A stretch of 63,959 nt of DNA, the filler included, from Reclinomonas americana ATCC 50394 (taxonomy: Eukaryota): NCBI GenBank assembly GCA_048213135.1. It is 38 parts of 38 records of this genome, joined end to end, with 100 filler letters (N's around TTAATTAATTAA, not from the genome) between each part and the next. Parts side by side here need not be neighbours in the genome. Positions count along the whole stretch, not along the records: positions 1 to 1,603 come from AFZH01025409.1; positions 1,704 to 3,306 come from AFZH01025410.1; positions 3,407 to 5,009 come from AFZH01025411.1; positions 5,110 to 6,708 come from AFZH01025412.1; positions 6,809 to 8,405 come from AFZH01025413.1; positions 8,506 to 10,103 come from AFZH01025414.1; 32 more parts are not named here. One strand, 5' to 3'. Below, in pieces: positions 1 through 10,203 of the stretch. A program made the translations under genes and the position numbers. The first letter of the stretch is position 1. Every line of letters starts with the position of its first letter. The notes under the pieces were generated by a model. That model did not search any database, had not been told where the DNA came from, and saw nothing but the letters and a program-made list of their open reading frames with translations.

Positions 1-240
1 CCATTCGCGTTGATCGGGCAGGCATTGCAACACGCAGCGCGCACGGCGCGCGCCGGCGCGAGGCTGACGATCGTGGTGCCGGAGTGGCACGGCCGGTGGT
101 GGTGGCCACTCCTGCTCGCCATGCGGCCAAGGTGGCAGTACGTACCACGGTGGGCGGTGGAAGATCCGGCACCAGGCGTGGTGGCCGAGCCACGACGGAA
201 CGAGGCTTGGCGCGTGTGGGCGTGCCACATCACGTTTTGA
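1..240 (+). CDS. C-terminal part of a DIRS pol N6-adenine methyltransferase-like domain (5' truncated)
   Basis: Frame 1 reads PFALIGQALQH...LTIVVPEWHGRWWWPLL, matching the (N/F)PPFxLI...LIxPxW..xWxPxL signature of the DIRS MT domain. Confidence 0.72.
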   Translation, partial: PFALIGQALQHAARTARAGARLTIVVPEWHGRWWWPLLLAMRPRWQYVPRWAVEDPAPGVVAEPRRNEAWRVWACHITF

Positions 241-1592
241 GGCGGCTGTTGCCGCCTGGCTCCGAGTGGCTGGAGGCGCTTGGGCCAAGTTCGAGGTCGT
301 CGCCGGGCGTGCCGGTGGGCAGTCACGACGAGGACGGCCAGGTGGCCGAGTTGCTGGATGCGGCACTGTCGGGGAAATCGGCCGCCACCTACCGGGCATG
401 GTTGGCGAGGATCGCGCGGTGGGGCTTCCATTTGCCTTGTGGGCCGGAGGAGGTGGCGCGTCTGCTTGGACATTGTTGGGCGAGGCGCGCTGGGCGCTAC
501 AAGCCGGCGACGCTGGGTGTCGCATTGTGGGCAGTCGGTCGGTTCCATCGGTTGTTGGGCGAGAAGGACCCGACGAAGGGCTTCCTGGTCGAACAGGTCA
601 GGCACGGCTACGCGGCTCTTTACAAGGAACACCATCTGTCGGCACCGGCGGCCGCTGCGGCGAGGACGGTGACGGAGGTGGAGTCGGCGGCGTCGGCGAG
701 GATGGGCGCATTGGATTGGCGCATCATCGCACGGGTGTTGGAGACACCGGAGTTCGTGGCGTTAGGCAAGGATGGCGTGGAGCCAGTGATCGCCAACGGA
801 GTGCCGGTGGAGTCGTTGGTGGCAATGGTGACTGGATTTTTCCTCGGGCTGCGTCCGGGTTCGCTGGCGGCATTGCGCGTGGGTGACGCGCGGTTTGGAG
901 ACGACATCACGGCGATTTCGGTGCCGGTGGAGAAGACCGAACGGCGGCGAGTAGCCCCGGTGCGCATGGTGCACTACAGGGGGCGTTGGTCACAGTCGCC
1001 GTGGATGGCGGCTTTGCGAGCGTGGGTGCAGCATCGTCAGGTGGAATCGGCGCCGGGGTCGGCCGATTTGCTGCCCTTGTTCCCGGCGACCAGAGGCGGG
1101 CACATGTCGAACAAGGCGGTGGGCCAGTCAGTTCAGGAGGCACGCGATTGGGTCGCGCGGCGGTGGCACGGCAGTGCGGCCGGTGGCGACGTGGTGTCGG
1201 GCGCTTCACTGCGTCCGGGTGGTTGCTCGGCGGCGCGCCTTGCGGGTTTCTCAGTGGAACAAGTGTGTGACCTGTTCAACTGGAGAACGGCGGCCATGCT
1301 CAACTTGTACACTCGGCTGGAGGCCGGAGTGGAGCGGCCATCAGCGTCGGTGGTGGTGGAGTTTGAGCGGTTGATGGGTCCGCCGGCCATGCTGCAAGTG
1401 ACGCCGGTGGTCGCGGGCAATGGTGTGGTGGAGGCGGCGGCTGTGGAGTCGACTTCGCCAGAGGAACCGGCCGGCGGCGTGGTGGCCATTCCCAGTTCGG
1501 CGCCGACCGTGCGGCGGAGCGCGCGACAGTCGGTTCGCCGCCGGCGCGTTCGGGATGCCACCCAGTTTGTCGAAACGAGGAGTCTACTGTGA
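84..1592 (+). CDS. Tyrosine recombinase (DIRS-type YR); true start uncertain
   Basis: KSAATYRAW core-binding helix, TGFFLGLRPGSL (Arg I), EKT (Lys), ASLRPGG (HxxR box with H replaced by A), FNWRT...NLYTR (Trp and catalytic Tyr). Confidence 0.88.
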   Translation: MARPVVVATPARHAAKVAVRTTVGGGRSGTRRGGRATTERGLARVGVPHHVLRRLLPPGSEWLEALGPSSRSSPGVPVGSHDEDGQVAELLDAALSGKSAATYRAWLARIARWGFHLPCGPEEVARLLGHCWARRAGRYKPATLGVALWAVGRFHRLLGEKDPTKGFLVEQVRHGYAALYKEHHLSAPAAAAARTVTEVESAASARMGALDWRIIARVLETPEFVALGKDGVEPVIANGVPVESLVAMVTGFFLGLRPGSLAALRVGDARFGDDITAISVPVEKTERRRVAPVRMVHYRGRWSQSPWMAALRAWVQHRQVESAPGSADLLPLFPATRGGHMSNKAVGQSVQEARDWVARRWHGSAAGGDVVSGASLRPGGCSAARLAGFSVEQVCDLFNWRTAAMLNLYTRLEAGVERPSASVVVEFERLMGPPAMLQVTPVVAGNGVVEAAAVESTSPEEPAGGVVAIPSSAPTVRRSARQSVRRRRVRDATQFVETRSLL

Positions 1593-1603
1593 AGAATCGT
1601 CGG

Positions 1604-1703
1604 NNNNNNNNNNNNNNNNNNNNNNNNNNNNNNNNNNNNNNNNNNNNTTAATTAATTAANNNNNNNNNNNNNNNNNNNNNNNNNNNNNNNNNNNNNNNNN
1701 NNN
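1604..1703. other. Artificial contig spacer N44-TTAATTAATTAA-N44 (first of 37; last at 62288-62387)
   Basis: Identical 100-nt block recurs about every 1.7 kb; TTAATTAATTAA gives stops in all six frames; contig lengths fall steadily from 1603 to about 1572, as expected for length-sorted contigs. Confidence 0.98.
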
Positions 1704-3306
1704 AATTGCGAGTTCAGCCTCAGAAGGCGAGCCGTTCACGACCACAGTCAGTGCGCCCTCGCCCACCACCTTGACATGGTCTGCCACGATTTGCATTACC
1801 CAGAGGCCAATGTGCACCTGGCCATCAATCTGACCTGCAAGCTGGAACATTTGCACGGGATACACAGAGCCAGTGGCTGCCGGTATACGGTAAACAATCA
1901 TACCGTCAGTGCCCTTGTAGGCCGACACCGATAGAGACGAGAAGTAATTGAAGGTGTCGGCAGGCAGATCCACCATAATGGTCCAGTTGGACGCCCGCGG
2001 GAGCGGTGGCATGCGGGCCGTACCAGTGGCATCAAATGCCACGGTTGCACCCATTGCCATACCGACCACGTGGTATCGTGCATTGTCTTGCACCTGATAG
2101 AATACCGAAGAGCCGCTGACGGTGGCATTCACCATCACCCAGTCGTCATCCACTGCAGTCCCATTGCTGATGGGGGAGTACGCAGAACGAGGCCTCAACG
2201 CCACCGGCTCCACGGCCGTCATTGCATGTCCTCGGACCGGCATGTGGCCGTCTGCTCCTGGGACCAGGCCGCGGAACACGAACAGCGAGTCACGCTGATA
2301 GTACTCGGAGATGTCCACCTCCCCAGACGCATAGCTACCGAGGTTGACTATACGTTGACCCAACACCGACGGAGTCGAGTCGCCGGAGTACACCTTCAGC
2401 ACATCCTTCACAATGTCTTGCCCAAACGCCACTTGCACGAGGGCGACAGGAACTGACACCTCGACAAGATCATTGCCTGTGCCCATGAGCAGCGTGGCAT
2501 TCGCGTGTTGACTGACAGCAGAGAGCACGACATGATCGTTGCCTCCGCCAAAGTCCACACTCAGCCGCGCATCAATACCAATGGCCGTCAAACGGTCGTC
2601 ATCTGCACCCGTCACCATACTAAACAGAATTCGGTCGCCGCCCTGGTAGACCACGCGGCACTTGCTATTGTACACGGCAGCGGTGACGTTGAGCGCAGCC
2701 ATGTAGTTCTGCAACCATGGACTGGGGAACGATGCGGCGGGCACCACCTGCCCACTAGCATCCGTCTGCTCCAGGCACTGCTCCGTCATGGCAAAGTACT
2801 GTGGAGGCGCACCCAGCCCTTGACCAGAGTCGAGAATGACAGTCAGTGGATTTGTGGTGTCACGCCCTTGCGCTGCAATCACTACGCTGCCGTACACTCG
2901 ATCGAGTGGGTTCAGTGGTGTCGGCAGCGGCGGCTGCTCGCCGAGACGAATCACATCCACAGTGCCAGTCACCACCACCGACGATGCCGTGGCACGAATT
3001 TGGGCCACGTTCATCTGCCACGGCGGCACACTTGCTGGTCCAGTCACACCGCCAAAGTCGAAGGCCAACTCGGTGACATCGCCCGACTCGTCCACCGTCA
3101 GCTGATTGCCAGTGCCACTCATCTGTGTGATGACGTGGTTGATGTCCTCAAAGAAGACCTCGGTGATGCTGCCGACGGAGCCTCGGCTGCGCGCACTAAT
3201 AGAGTCCAGATTCGACGACCAACTCATGGTGCGATTCTCGTTGGCGGCCTGAATGTAGATGGTCGACATCTGCCCGACGTCTCGCATTCCGTACACACGC
3301 ACAACA
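1704..3306 (-). CDS. Internal fragment of a large beta-rich, probably secreted protein with RTX-like GxGxD repeats
   Basis: Open across the whole contig (>530 codons); TGADDDRL, FGGGNDHV, MGTGNDLV motifs spaced about 20 aa apart. Confidence 0.5.
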
Positions 3307-3406
3307 NNNNNNNNNNNNNNNNNNNNNNNNNNNNNNNNNNNNNNNNNNNNTTAATTAATTAANNNNNNNNNNNNNNNNNNNNNNNNNNNNNNNNNNNNNN
3401 NNNNNN

Positions 3407-4786
3407 CAGCAGCCTCAACAGCAGCTCGAGGCGAGCAAGTTGTCTCGTCAGCAGCAAAAGCCGCGGAGTGCCGCCACCTCGGCATGGTCCACACCTGCTG
3501 CAGTCAAGCAGCTCGAGCAGTTGCCTCAACAGCAGCAGCAGCAGCAGCAGCCGCAACGGTACATGCCACCACATATGCGCGGCGCATATGCGAGTGCTGT
3601 ATTGAGCGCACCACCGCAGCAGCAGCCGCCACCACCACCGCCACCACCACCGGCACCGGTATTGATGCCGACCACTATATTGTCGGTCCCGCCAGAACTG
3701 GAGGCGGAGGAGGAGGCTGCGGCGATCATGCTGGCTGGTGGCAGTGGAGCGAGCAGTGCGGGCGGGAGCCGGCGCGGCTCGTTGGAGAAGGCGCAAAAGG
3801 CGGAGCGCGAGTCGCAGAATGCCTTGCACTTTTTCGCCTGGTTGTGCGCCAATGTGCCCGATCTGCCGACGCAGCGCTGCGACTTGGAGAAGCTCTATCA
3901 CGATCGCTTCAAGATCTTTTATCCGCATCTTGCCGTCGGCTCCACCGGCATTGGCAAGACGCTCTATCGACTGTTTCGCGTGCACAAGGTACTTGCCCTA
4001 TCCTCTCAATTCTCCTCTCCTCCTTTTTTTTTTGCTCAATTCTCCCCCGCACCCCTGAAGGTCCTCTCGGTTTGGAGTGACGGCCGCATTCAGTATCGCG
4101 TGAGCCCGAGCGAGTTCCTCGTCAAGAATCCGGAACTCGCCGCCGCCCTCAACACCATGCCCGGCGACTCGGTTGGCGCGCACTCGGTGCCGCTGCTGCA
4201 GTACCCGCTGCCGGTGTCGCTGTCGGGTCCCACCTCGCTGCGCACTTCCCCCGACGTGCTGCTGGCCGCGCCGCCATTTGTGCCGCGCTCCAACTCGCCG
4301 TCGCCCTCGCAGCAGCCGCTGCCGCAGCAGGCGCCGCGCTCTCGCTCTCCGTCACCCGCTCCACTGTCGATGATGTCGGAGGTGGAGTACAGCGGCATTA
4401 AGGTCGCCTGTCTGCCGGGCCTGCACGGTCTGCGCATGGTGCACGGCCAGCGCACCGACGTCCGCGTCTTTGTCACCAATTGTCGTCACGGCGCCGTCGT
4501 GCTCAACTCGTGCTTTGCGCAACCGTGGCTCAACGACTTTGCGGTGCAACTGGCCGGCGACTCGGCCATGCTCAAGCCGACGGTGATTCCCGCACAGACC
4601 ACGGTCGAGTTGTGCATGACCTTCACCGGCAACTCGTTCGGCGTCAAGTCGTGCAACGTGGCCATGGCCTTTGTCGACGCGCAGTCGGGCCAGTTCCGCT
4701 TCACGCTCGCGCTGCCGGTTGCCTTTGAGGTGGCGGCCGAGACCCCGGCACCCATGCCGCCGCTGATTGCGTCGACTGCGGAGGAG
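3407..4786 (+). CDS. MOV10: MOV10/SDE3/Armitage-like RNA helicase, N-terminal part (intron 3989-4060; next donor at 4787)
   Basis: FFAWL...DLPTQRCDLEKLYHDRFKI...LYRL resembles the MOV10 N-terminal domain as I recall it (FESFL...DMETDRERLRTIYNRDFKI...MLY); VTN...VVL...PTVIPAQTTVELCMTFTGNSFG resembles the MOV10 Ig-like domain. The helicase core is not in the contig. Confidence 0.62.
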
Positions 4787-5940
4787 GTGAGTGGGGTGGG
4801 AGGGAGAAGGATGGTAGAAAGGAGAAGGGGTAGGAAGGAGAAGGGTTGAAGGAGTAGGGTGGAGGGAGAAGGGTGGAAAGGAGAAGGGTGGAGGGAGAAG
4901 GGTGGAAAGGAGAAGGGTGGAAGGAGAAGGGTGAAATTCAACCGCTTTCTGCCCTTGTATTCTCTCTGCCTCCTTCTCTTTCTATTCTGCTTCTCATTCT
5001 ACTCTGCTTNNNNNNNNNNNNNNNNNNNNNNNNNNNNNNNNNNNNNNNNNNNNTTAATTAATTAANNNNNNNNNNNNNNNNNNNNNNNNNNNNNNNNNNN
5101 NNNNNNNNNGAAGGAAAAGGGAAAGGGAAAGAGGGGAAGAAAAAGGGAAAGGGAGAGAGGGGAAGGGAGAGAGGGGAAGAAAAAGGGAAAGGGAGTGAGG
5201 GAAAAGGAAAGAGGGGAAGGGAGAAGGAAAGAGGGGAAGGGGTGGGGGACGAGGGAGAAGGGGGAGGAGAAACAGATGGAGGTGAGGAAGAAGAATGTTA
5301 GGAAGAACATAAAGAGGCAAGAAGAGAAGGGGAAGAAGTGGACGGTGAGAAGTTGACGAAGAAGAGAAGTGGAGATGAGAGAAGAAGGAAGCGAGGAAGA
5401 AACAAGAACAACAACAAAAAGATAGAGGAGAAGGTGGAGGAGGAGGAGAAGAGCAAGTGTGAGAAAGAAGGAGCAGGAAGTTGAAGACGAAAAGATGTAG
5501 AGGTGAGGAAGAGAAGATGAAGAATAGTGCGAAGAGGAGGGTAAGGAGCAGAAGGAAGAAGAAGGAGAACAAAACTGAAAGACGATGAACAAGAAGGAAA
5601 ACTGACAGAAGAGAACGAAGAGAATGGCAAGAAGGGAAGATCAGCAAGACGAGGAGAGAAGAAGATCTATTGTGGTGCGAGCAAAGAAAGCTACGAGAGG
5701 CGCACTTTGATGCGACCTGTGTGAACGATCAAGAGAGAAAGCCGGACGAAGGGGCACGTGCTGTCTAGATTGCAGAGATCAGGAGTGATTCTTGTCGATG
5801 CGTGTGATATCAGGAGTACAGGAGGTTGGAGTGATAGGTCTGCGGGAAATGCAGAGCTTTGAGTTGAAGAAGCGATGCAACGAGTGAGATGCTCTTGGAT
5901 GATTGCCTCATCCCCCTCTCTTTCCCTCGCGATCACCCAG

Positions 5941-6383
5941 ATATCACCGGGAGCGAAGCGTCACTGTCTACCGACGAGGACGATGCCCCCGGAGCGGCTC
6001 GCTGGGATGCCAGCATTCGCGACGACTCGCGCTCCGCCACCGACGGAACCGAGCGCTCGCAAGCGTCGGGCGTGTCAAGTCGACGCGACCGCCGAGCGCG
6101 CCGCACACGCAAGAAGAAGCGCAGTCGCCGCACGGGCACTACGCAGGCTCTGCCGATGCAGAAGCCAGTCGTTGTGGATCACTGTTGCGTCACTCGTGAT
6201 TGCCTACTGTGGCACGCCGCCCTCTCACACTCTCGTGTACAAACAGCCTTGCTCTCTGTCGATGCTGCGCCGCTGACGACCACTCTCTCGCTGCCGGTTG
6301 CCGGCTCCTCTCGCGGAGTGGTACCGAGTCCGCCGCGCTTGTGGCGTTCGTCCAGCGCACAGCACCAAACCAACGCTATATAA
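5941..6383 (+). CDS. 3' exons of an unknown low-complexity protein (probable intron 6184-6246)
   Basis: Pyrimidine tract plus CAG before 5941, S/R/D-rich ORF ending TAA at 6381-6383. Confidence 0.4.
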
Positions 6384-6808
6384 TACTTGTTTTGCCTAAA
6401 CACAAACTAAACTCGCCTGTTTAATGTCATGATATTGGTGTGGTGGTGCTCAAAGCTTGCTGCGTTCTTCGCCTGGTCATTGACGATCATCGTCCGTCGT
6501 TTTTGTGGTGGTTGTCGAGGATGACCCGCCCTTTTCCGACTCGCGGCGCTTGCGTGGCGGCGGAGAGGATTCACGATCGTGGGGCTCCTCGCGCTCACGC
6601 TTGTGGCTCTCTCTTGGCGCCCGCTCCTCCTCTCTCCGCTCGCGCCTGTGACTCTCTCTTGGTGCCCGCTCCTCATCTCCTCGTTCACGCCTGTGACTCT
6701 CCCGGGCTNNNNNNNNNNNNNNNNNNNNNNNNNNNNNNNNNNNNNNNNNNNNTTAATTAATTAANNNNNNNNNNNNNNNNNNNNNNNNNNNNNNNNNNNN
6801 NNNNNNNN

Positions 6809-8243
6809 ACCTGTGGAAGAAAAGGCTCAGAAGCAGTGTCACAAATGATGAAGGAGAGAGGGAGAGGGTGAGCAGATTCTCACCTGCCGCCGGGTATGAT
6901 GAGGCCAATGTAGTCGCGCACATCAATGTCCTCGTACGTCTGGTTGAGAAGAAGCTTGTGGCCCGGCTTTTCCGTGTACGTCTGGTGGCCCTCAAAGTCG
7001 TGCACCGCCGTCTTGACCTGTGCACATCAAAAGCACCAACACAAAGTGATCAGCAACCAAGCCCCAAAAAAGTGCTGGACAACCAGAAGGGTCGCAAAGA
7101 AGTAGGCAAAGAAAAGGGGGGCGAACAATCAGAAAGATCAATAATCAGGACGACGAAGCCTCGAGAATTTTAAGCGTCGGTTCACGAATAGCCCCACCGC
7201 CAGTCTCAGAAAGCTGGATTTATCTGTCATCTTGTTGTTCGCCACCCACCCTTCCCCACAAAACACTCCATACACGAATACCCCACGCAACGACTGATCC
7301 AGCACGCCGTCCGGGACACACCGCATGCACCTCGTATCCTACACTTTGCAGTGCCTGCGCACACGGGGAGTGAGCACGCGAGAGCAACAAAAGGCAACCG
7401 ACGCCCCCCCCCCCCCCCCCCACCAAAGATAATGCAACGCAACATGAAACGGCACTTGTGCCTCCAGGTCCTCCGTAAAATCACCGACCACCATGAGCAG
7501 CTTCTCGCCCGTGTCGCCGTACCGCACGCCCATCAACGCGTAGAACGCATTGAGGAAGGGCGCCAGGGCTCGCCACGAAATGACCGTGACCAGATTGCGG
7601 TCCACACACACCACCACCTGCGCAGCAAACAACGGTGAGCAAGGAAAAAGGAGAGCGGGATGGGGAATCACAAAAAGGGCACACGCACCTCATCCCACTC
7701 GCCACCGGCGGCGATAATGTCCCACTTGCAACCAAAGTCGGCCGTGGCAACACGACCTTGCAGCACGTCGGCCGTGGCCAGAATTTGCATGCCATTGCGA
7801 ATGCAACCGACCGCCTTGTTCTCCATGAAAAAGTGCCGCACAATGTCCAACACGGCCGAGTCCATGCGCAGATACTCGGCAGCGCGACCACCCGGAATGA
7901 TTAGGCCGTCGTAGTCGTTGGGGTTGACCGTGTCAAAGGTGGCGTTCAGGGTGAACGAGTGGCCAATTCGCTCGCTGTACGTCTGGTCGCCTTCTGCGCG
8001 CGGGACCCCAACATGTGGCGTGCGAGTGAGCGAGAGAGGCAGAGAGGGGAGGCGGCGGGCGGAGGAGTTGCGGAAACAAACCCTCGAAATCCTGCAGCCC
8101 AAACAACAACAAGTCAGCGTGGGAGCACAGAGAAAGAGAGAGGGAGAGGGGAGTGCACACAACGTGAATGGCCGTGGGGATTACGTCGCCTTGGCGCTTG
8201 CCTGGACACACGGCGTCGACGTGAAAGCCGACCATGCACAGCG
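6809..8243 (-). CDS. Two-domain DJ-1/PfpI family protein (DJ-1D/glyoxalase III type), multi-exon, partial
   Basis: Spliced translation gives [30 protein letters not shown]...[15 protein letters not shown], then a second domain [23 protein letters not shown]...[30 protein letters not shown]...GLIIPGGR. Confidence 0.92.
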
Positions 8244-8937
8244 ACTGCAAACAAAAAAACGGAAGGGAGAGCAAGTAAGAAATCGAATCGCACTTTTTTT
8301 CTCGTGCACACAGGCACTCGCTCTGCCACTCTCTTTCTCTCTCCCGCACACACACACGCACTGTGCGCACGCGCGTGCGAGTATGTGTGCATGTGTGTGT
8401 TTACGNNNNNNNNNNNNNNNNNNNNNNNNNNNNNNNNNNNNNNNNNNNNTTAATTAATTAANNNNNNNNNNNNNNNNNNNNNNNNNNNNNNNNNNNNNNN
8501 NNNNNGTGTGAGAGAGAGAGAGGGAGGTGGAAGGGAAGGTGGAGGGAGCGAGAGAAGGGAGAGAGGTGGAGGGAAAGAGGTGGAGGGAAGAGTGGAAGAG
8601 GACAAGGGAGGTAGAAGGTGAGGGAGGTGGACGAGGAAGGACGAGAGGGAGGAGAAGAGGAGAAGGGAGAGGGGTGAGAGGTGGAGGGAAGAGAGGGAAA
8701 GAGGTGGAGGGATGAGTGGAAGAGGAGAAGGGAGGTAGAAGGTGAGGGAAGGAGAGATTGAGAGTAAGAGAGAGAGAGAGAGCGGGAAAGAGGAAGGAAG
8801 AGAGTGAGAGCGTGTGTATGAGAGTGAGACACAAAGAGAGTGACAAGAGAAGAGTTGTACGCAATCTCATTCTCTCACAATCTGAGTCTCATTCTCTCCC
8901 TTATTCTCTCTCTCTCTCTCTCCGCTCACTCACTGAC

Positions 8938-9114
8938 CTTTCTCGGCACTTGCAGAGGTGCATAGGCGTGACTGGCGAACAAGAGAGGCACTGTGGCCTC
9001 AGAGGCAGGTGGAGCAAAGGGCGAGGAAGGTCGAGGATGAGAAGGAGAAGGGGAAGGAGAGGGAGAAGAGGAAGAAGAGGCTTTCTTCTTGCCAGAAGTG
9101 CGACGCGCACTCAT
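8938..9114 (-). CDS. First exon of an unknown protein (MSARRTSGKKK...)
   Basis: ATG, S/P-rich ORF, then AAG|GTCAGT donor followed by low-complexity intron-like sequence. Confidence 0.4.
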
Positions 9115-9361
9115 TGTGTGCTTGCGCGCGCGGCGGGGCAACAAAGTGACAAGTGTGTGGGACGAGTGACGTTCCTTGAAGTTGATTCGGCTTGTGGCGA
9201 GAAGTCATGAAACAAGGCTTGACCTGCTTGCGCCCAGCAGTAACCTTTCGGCTATTGATAGGTTACATCTTTTGACGTCCACCCTTGCAACTTGTATCCT
9301 TGATCAACTGCAAGGTCGATAAGTTCGAATTCTTCCATGCCTACAGCTTGCCACATTCACA

Positions 9362-9640
9362 GTCCGTTCATGAGACGAGTGCGTCGCGCGTTGGCTGCAA
9401 GTGTCAACAACGGAGCACGTCGTGCAGCGTGTCTTCTGCTTGCCGTAATCCGTTCAGGAGACGCGAGCGCCGCGCGTTGGCTGCAAGCGTCAACTGAGCG
9501 GAGCACGTCGTGCAGCATTTTTTCTGCTTGCCGTAATCCGTTCAGGAATGAGTGCAAAGCGAGTTGGCTGCAACTGAGTGGAGCGCGTACTAGCAAGGGA
9601 GTTCTAATGGCAGCAGTCCGTTCGCGAAACGAGCACGACG
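9362..9640. repeat. Degenerate tandem repeat, unit about 86-87 bp, about 3 copies
   Basis: GCG(C/A)GTTGGCTGCAA at 9386, 9472 and 9559; TCCGTTC at about 9363, 9449, 9537 and 9617. Confidence 0.8.
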
Positions 9641-10203
9641 GGGGTAGACCGCAAGCGTGAACAACAAATCTGAGCACGACCTTGGTCGTAGCCCATTGCA
9701 GTTGCAGGAGGCGCAGGTCGTTGAAACCATCGCAGCATGGTGATGTTGATGCTGACCTTGATGACACGGGATCAGAGCTCTAGTGCCGCGTCATGCAGAC
9801 GTAACCGCATCCGAGCCAGGGGTGAGCAGAAAGGACGAGGACTCGGTTCCTCGCCATAGTTCCTCCACCCGGGAGACGACAGCTGCCTAAGCGCACGGGT
9901 TCGCTCCAACCAGGCCGCTACTCAAACCGAATCAAGAGCAGACACCTGCAGCAAGTGCAGGACTCCACATCCTGGCCCACAAGTTGACAACGAATCCACT
10001 CAACGCACAGCACGATCCTGCACTCCGCAACGACCTTGTGGAGCACTGTCATTAACCATTCACTGCGTAACACAGCGCCGACAATTGGCTCTCGCATTCT
10101 CTCNNNNNNNNNNNNNNNNNNNNNNNNNNNNNNNNNNNNNNNNNNNNTTAATTAATTAANNNNNNNNNNNNNNNNNNNNNNNNNNNNNNNNNNNNNNNNN
10201 NNN

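Larger units (their letters stand above)
1..1603 (+). mobile_element. DIRS-like (tyrosine recombinase) retrotransposon fragment
   Basis: Intronless, GC-rich contig with the C-terminus of a Dam-like methyltransferase (MT) domain overlapping a tyrosine recombinase ORF, the known pol(RT-RH-MT)/YR arrangement of DIRS1-type elements. RT and terminal repeats lie outside the contig. Confidence 0.78.

Noticed and set aside
1648..1659. Regularly spaced TTAATTAATTAA as a biological repeat, CRISPR repeat or piggyBac TTAA site
   Set aside because: Always centred in exactly 88 Ns; it is an assembly linker.
3938..3961. GSTGIGKT as a Walker A motif
   Set aside because: It fits GxxGxGKT but has no following Walker B or P-loop domain, and it lies in the segment resembling the MOV10 N-terminal domain; probably coincidental.
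5110..5660. Long ORFs over purine-rich or dinucleotide tracts (also 8506-8870, 17000-18060, 50298-50545, 52096-52963)
   Set aside because: They are translations of low-complexity intronic or intergenic DNA (poly-CV, ER, LS, F).
9362..9640. CRISPR array
   Set aside because: Whole units are similar with no unique spacers, and there are no cas genes.
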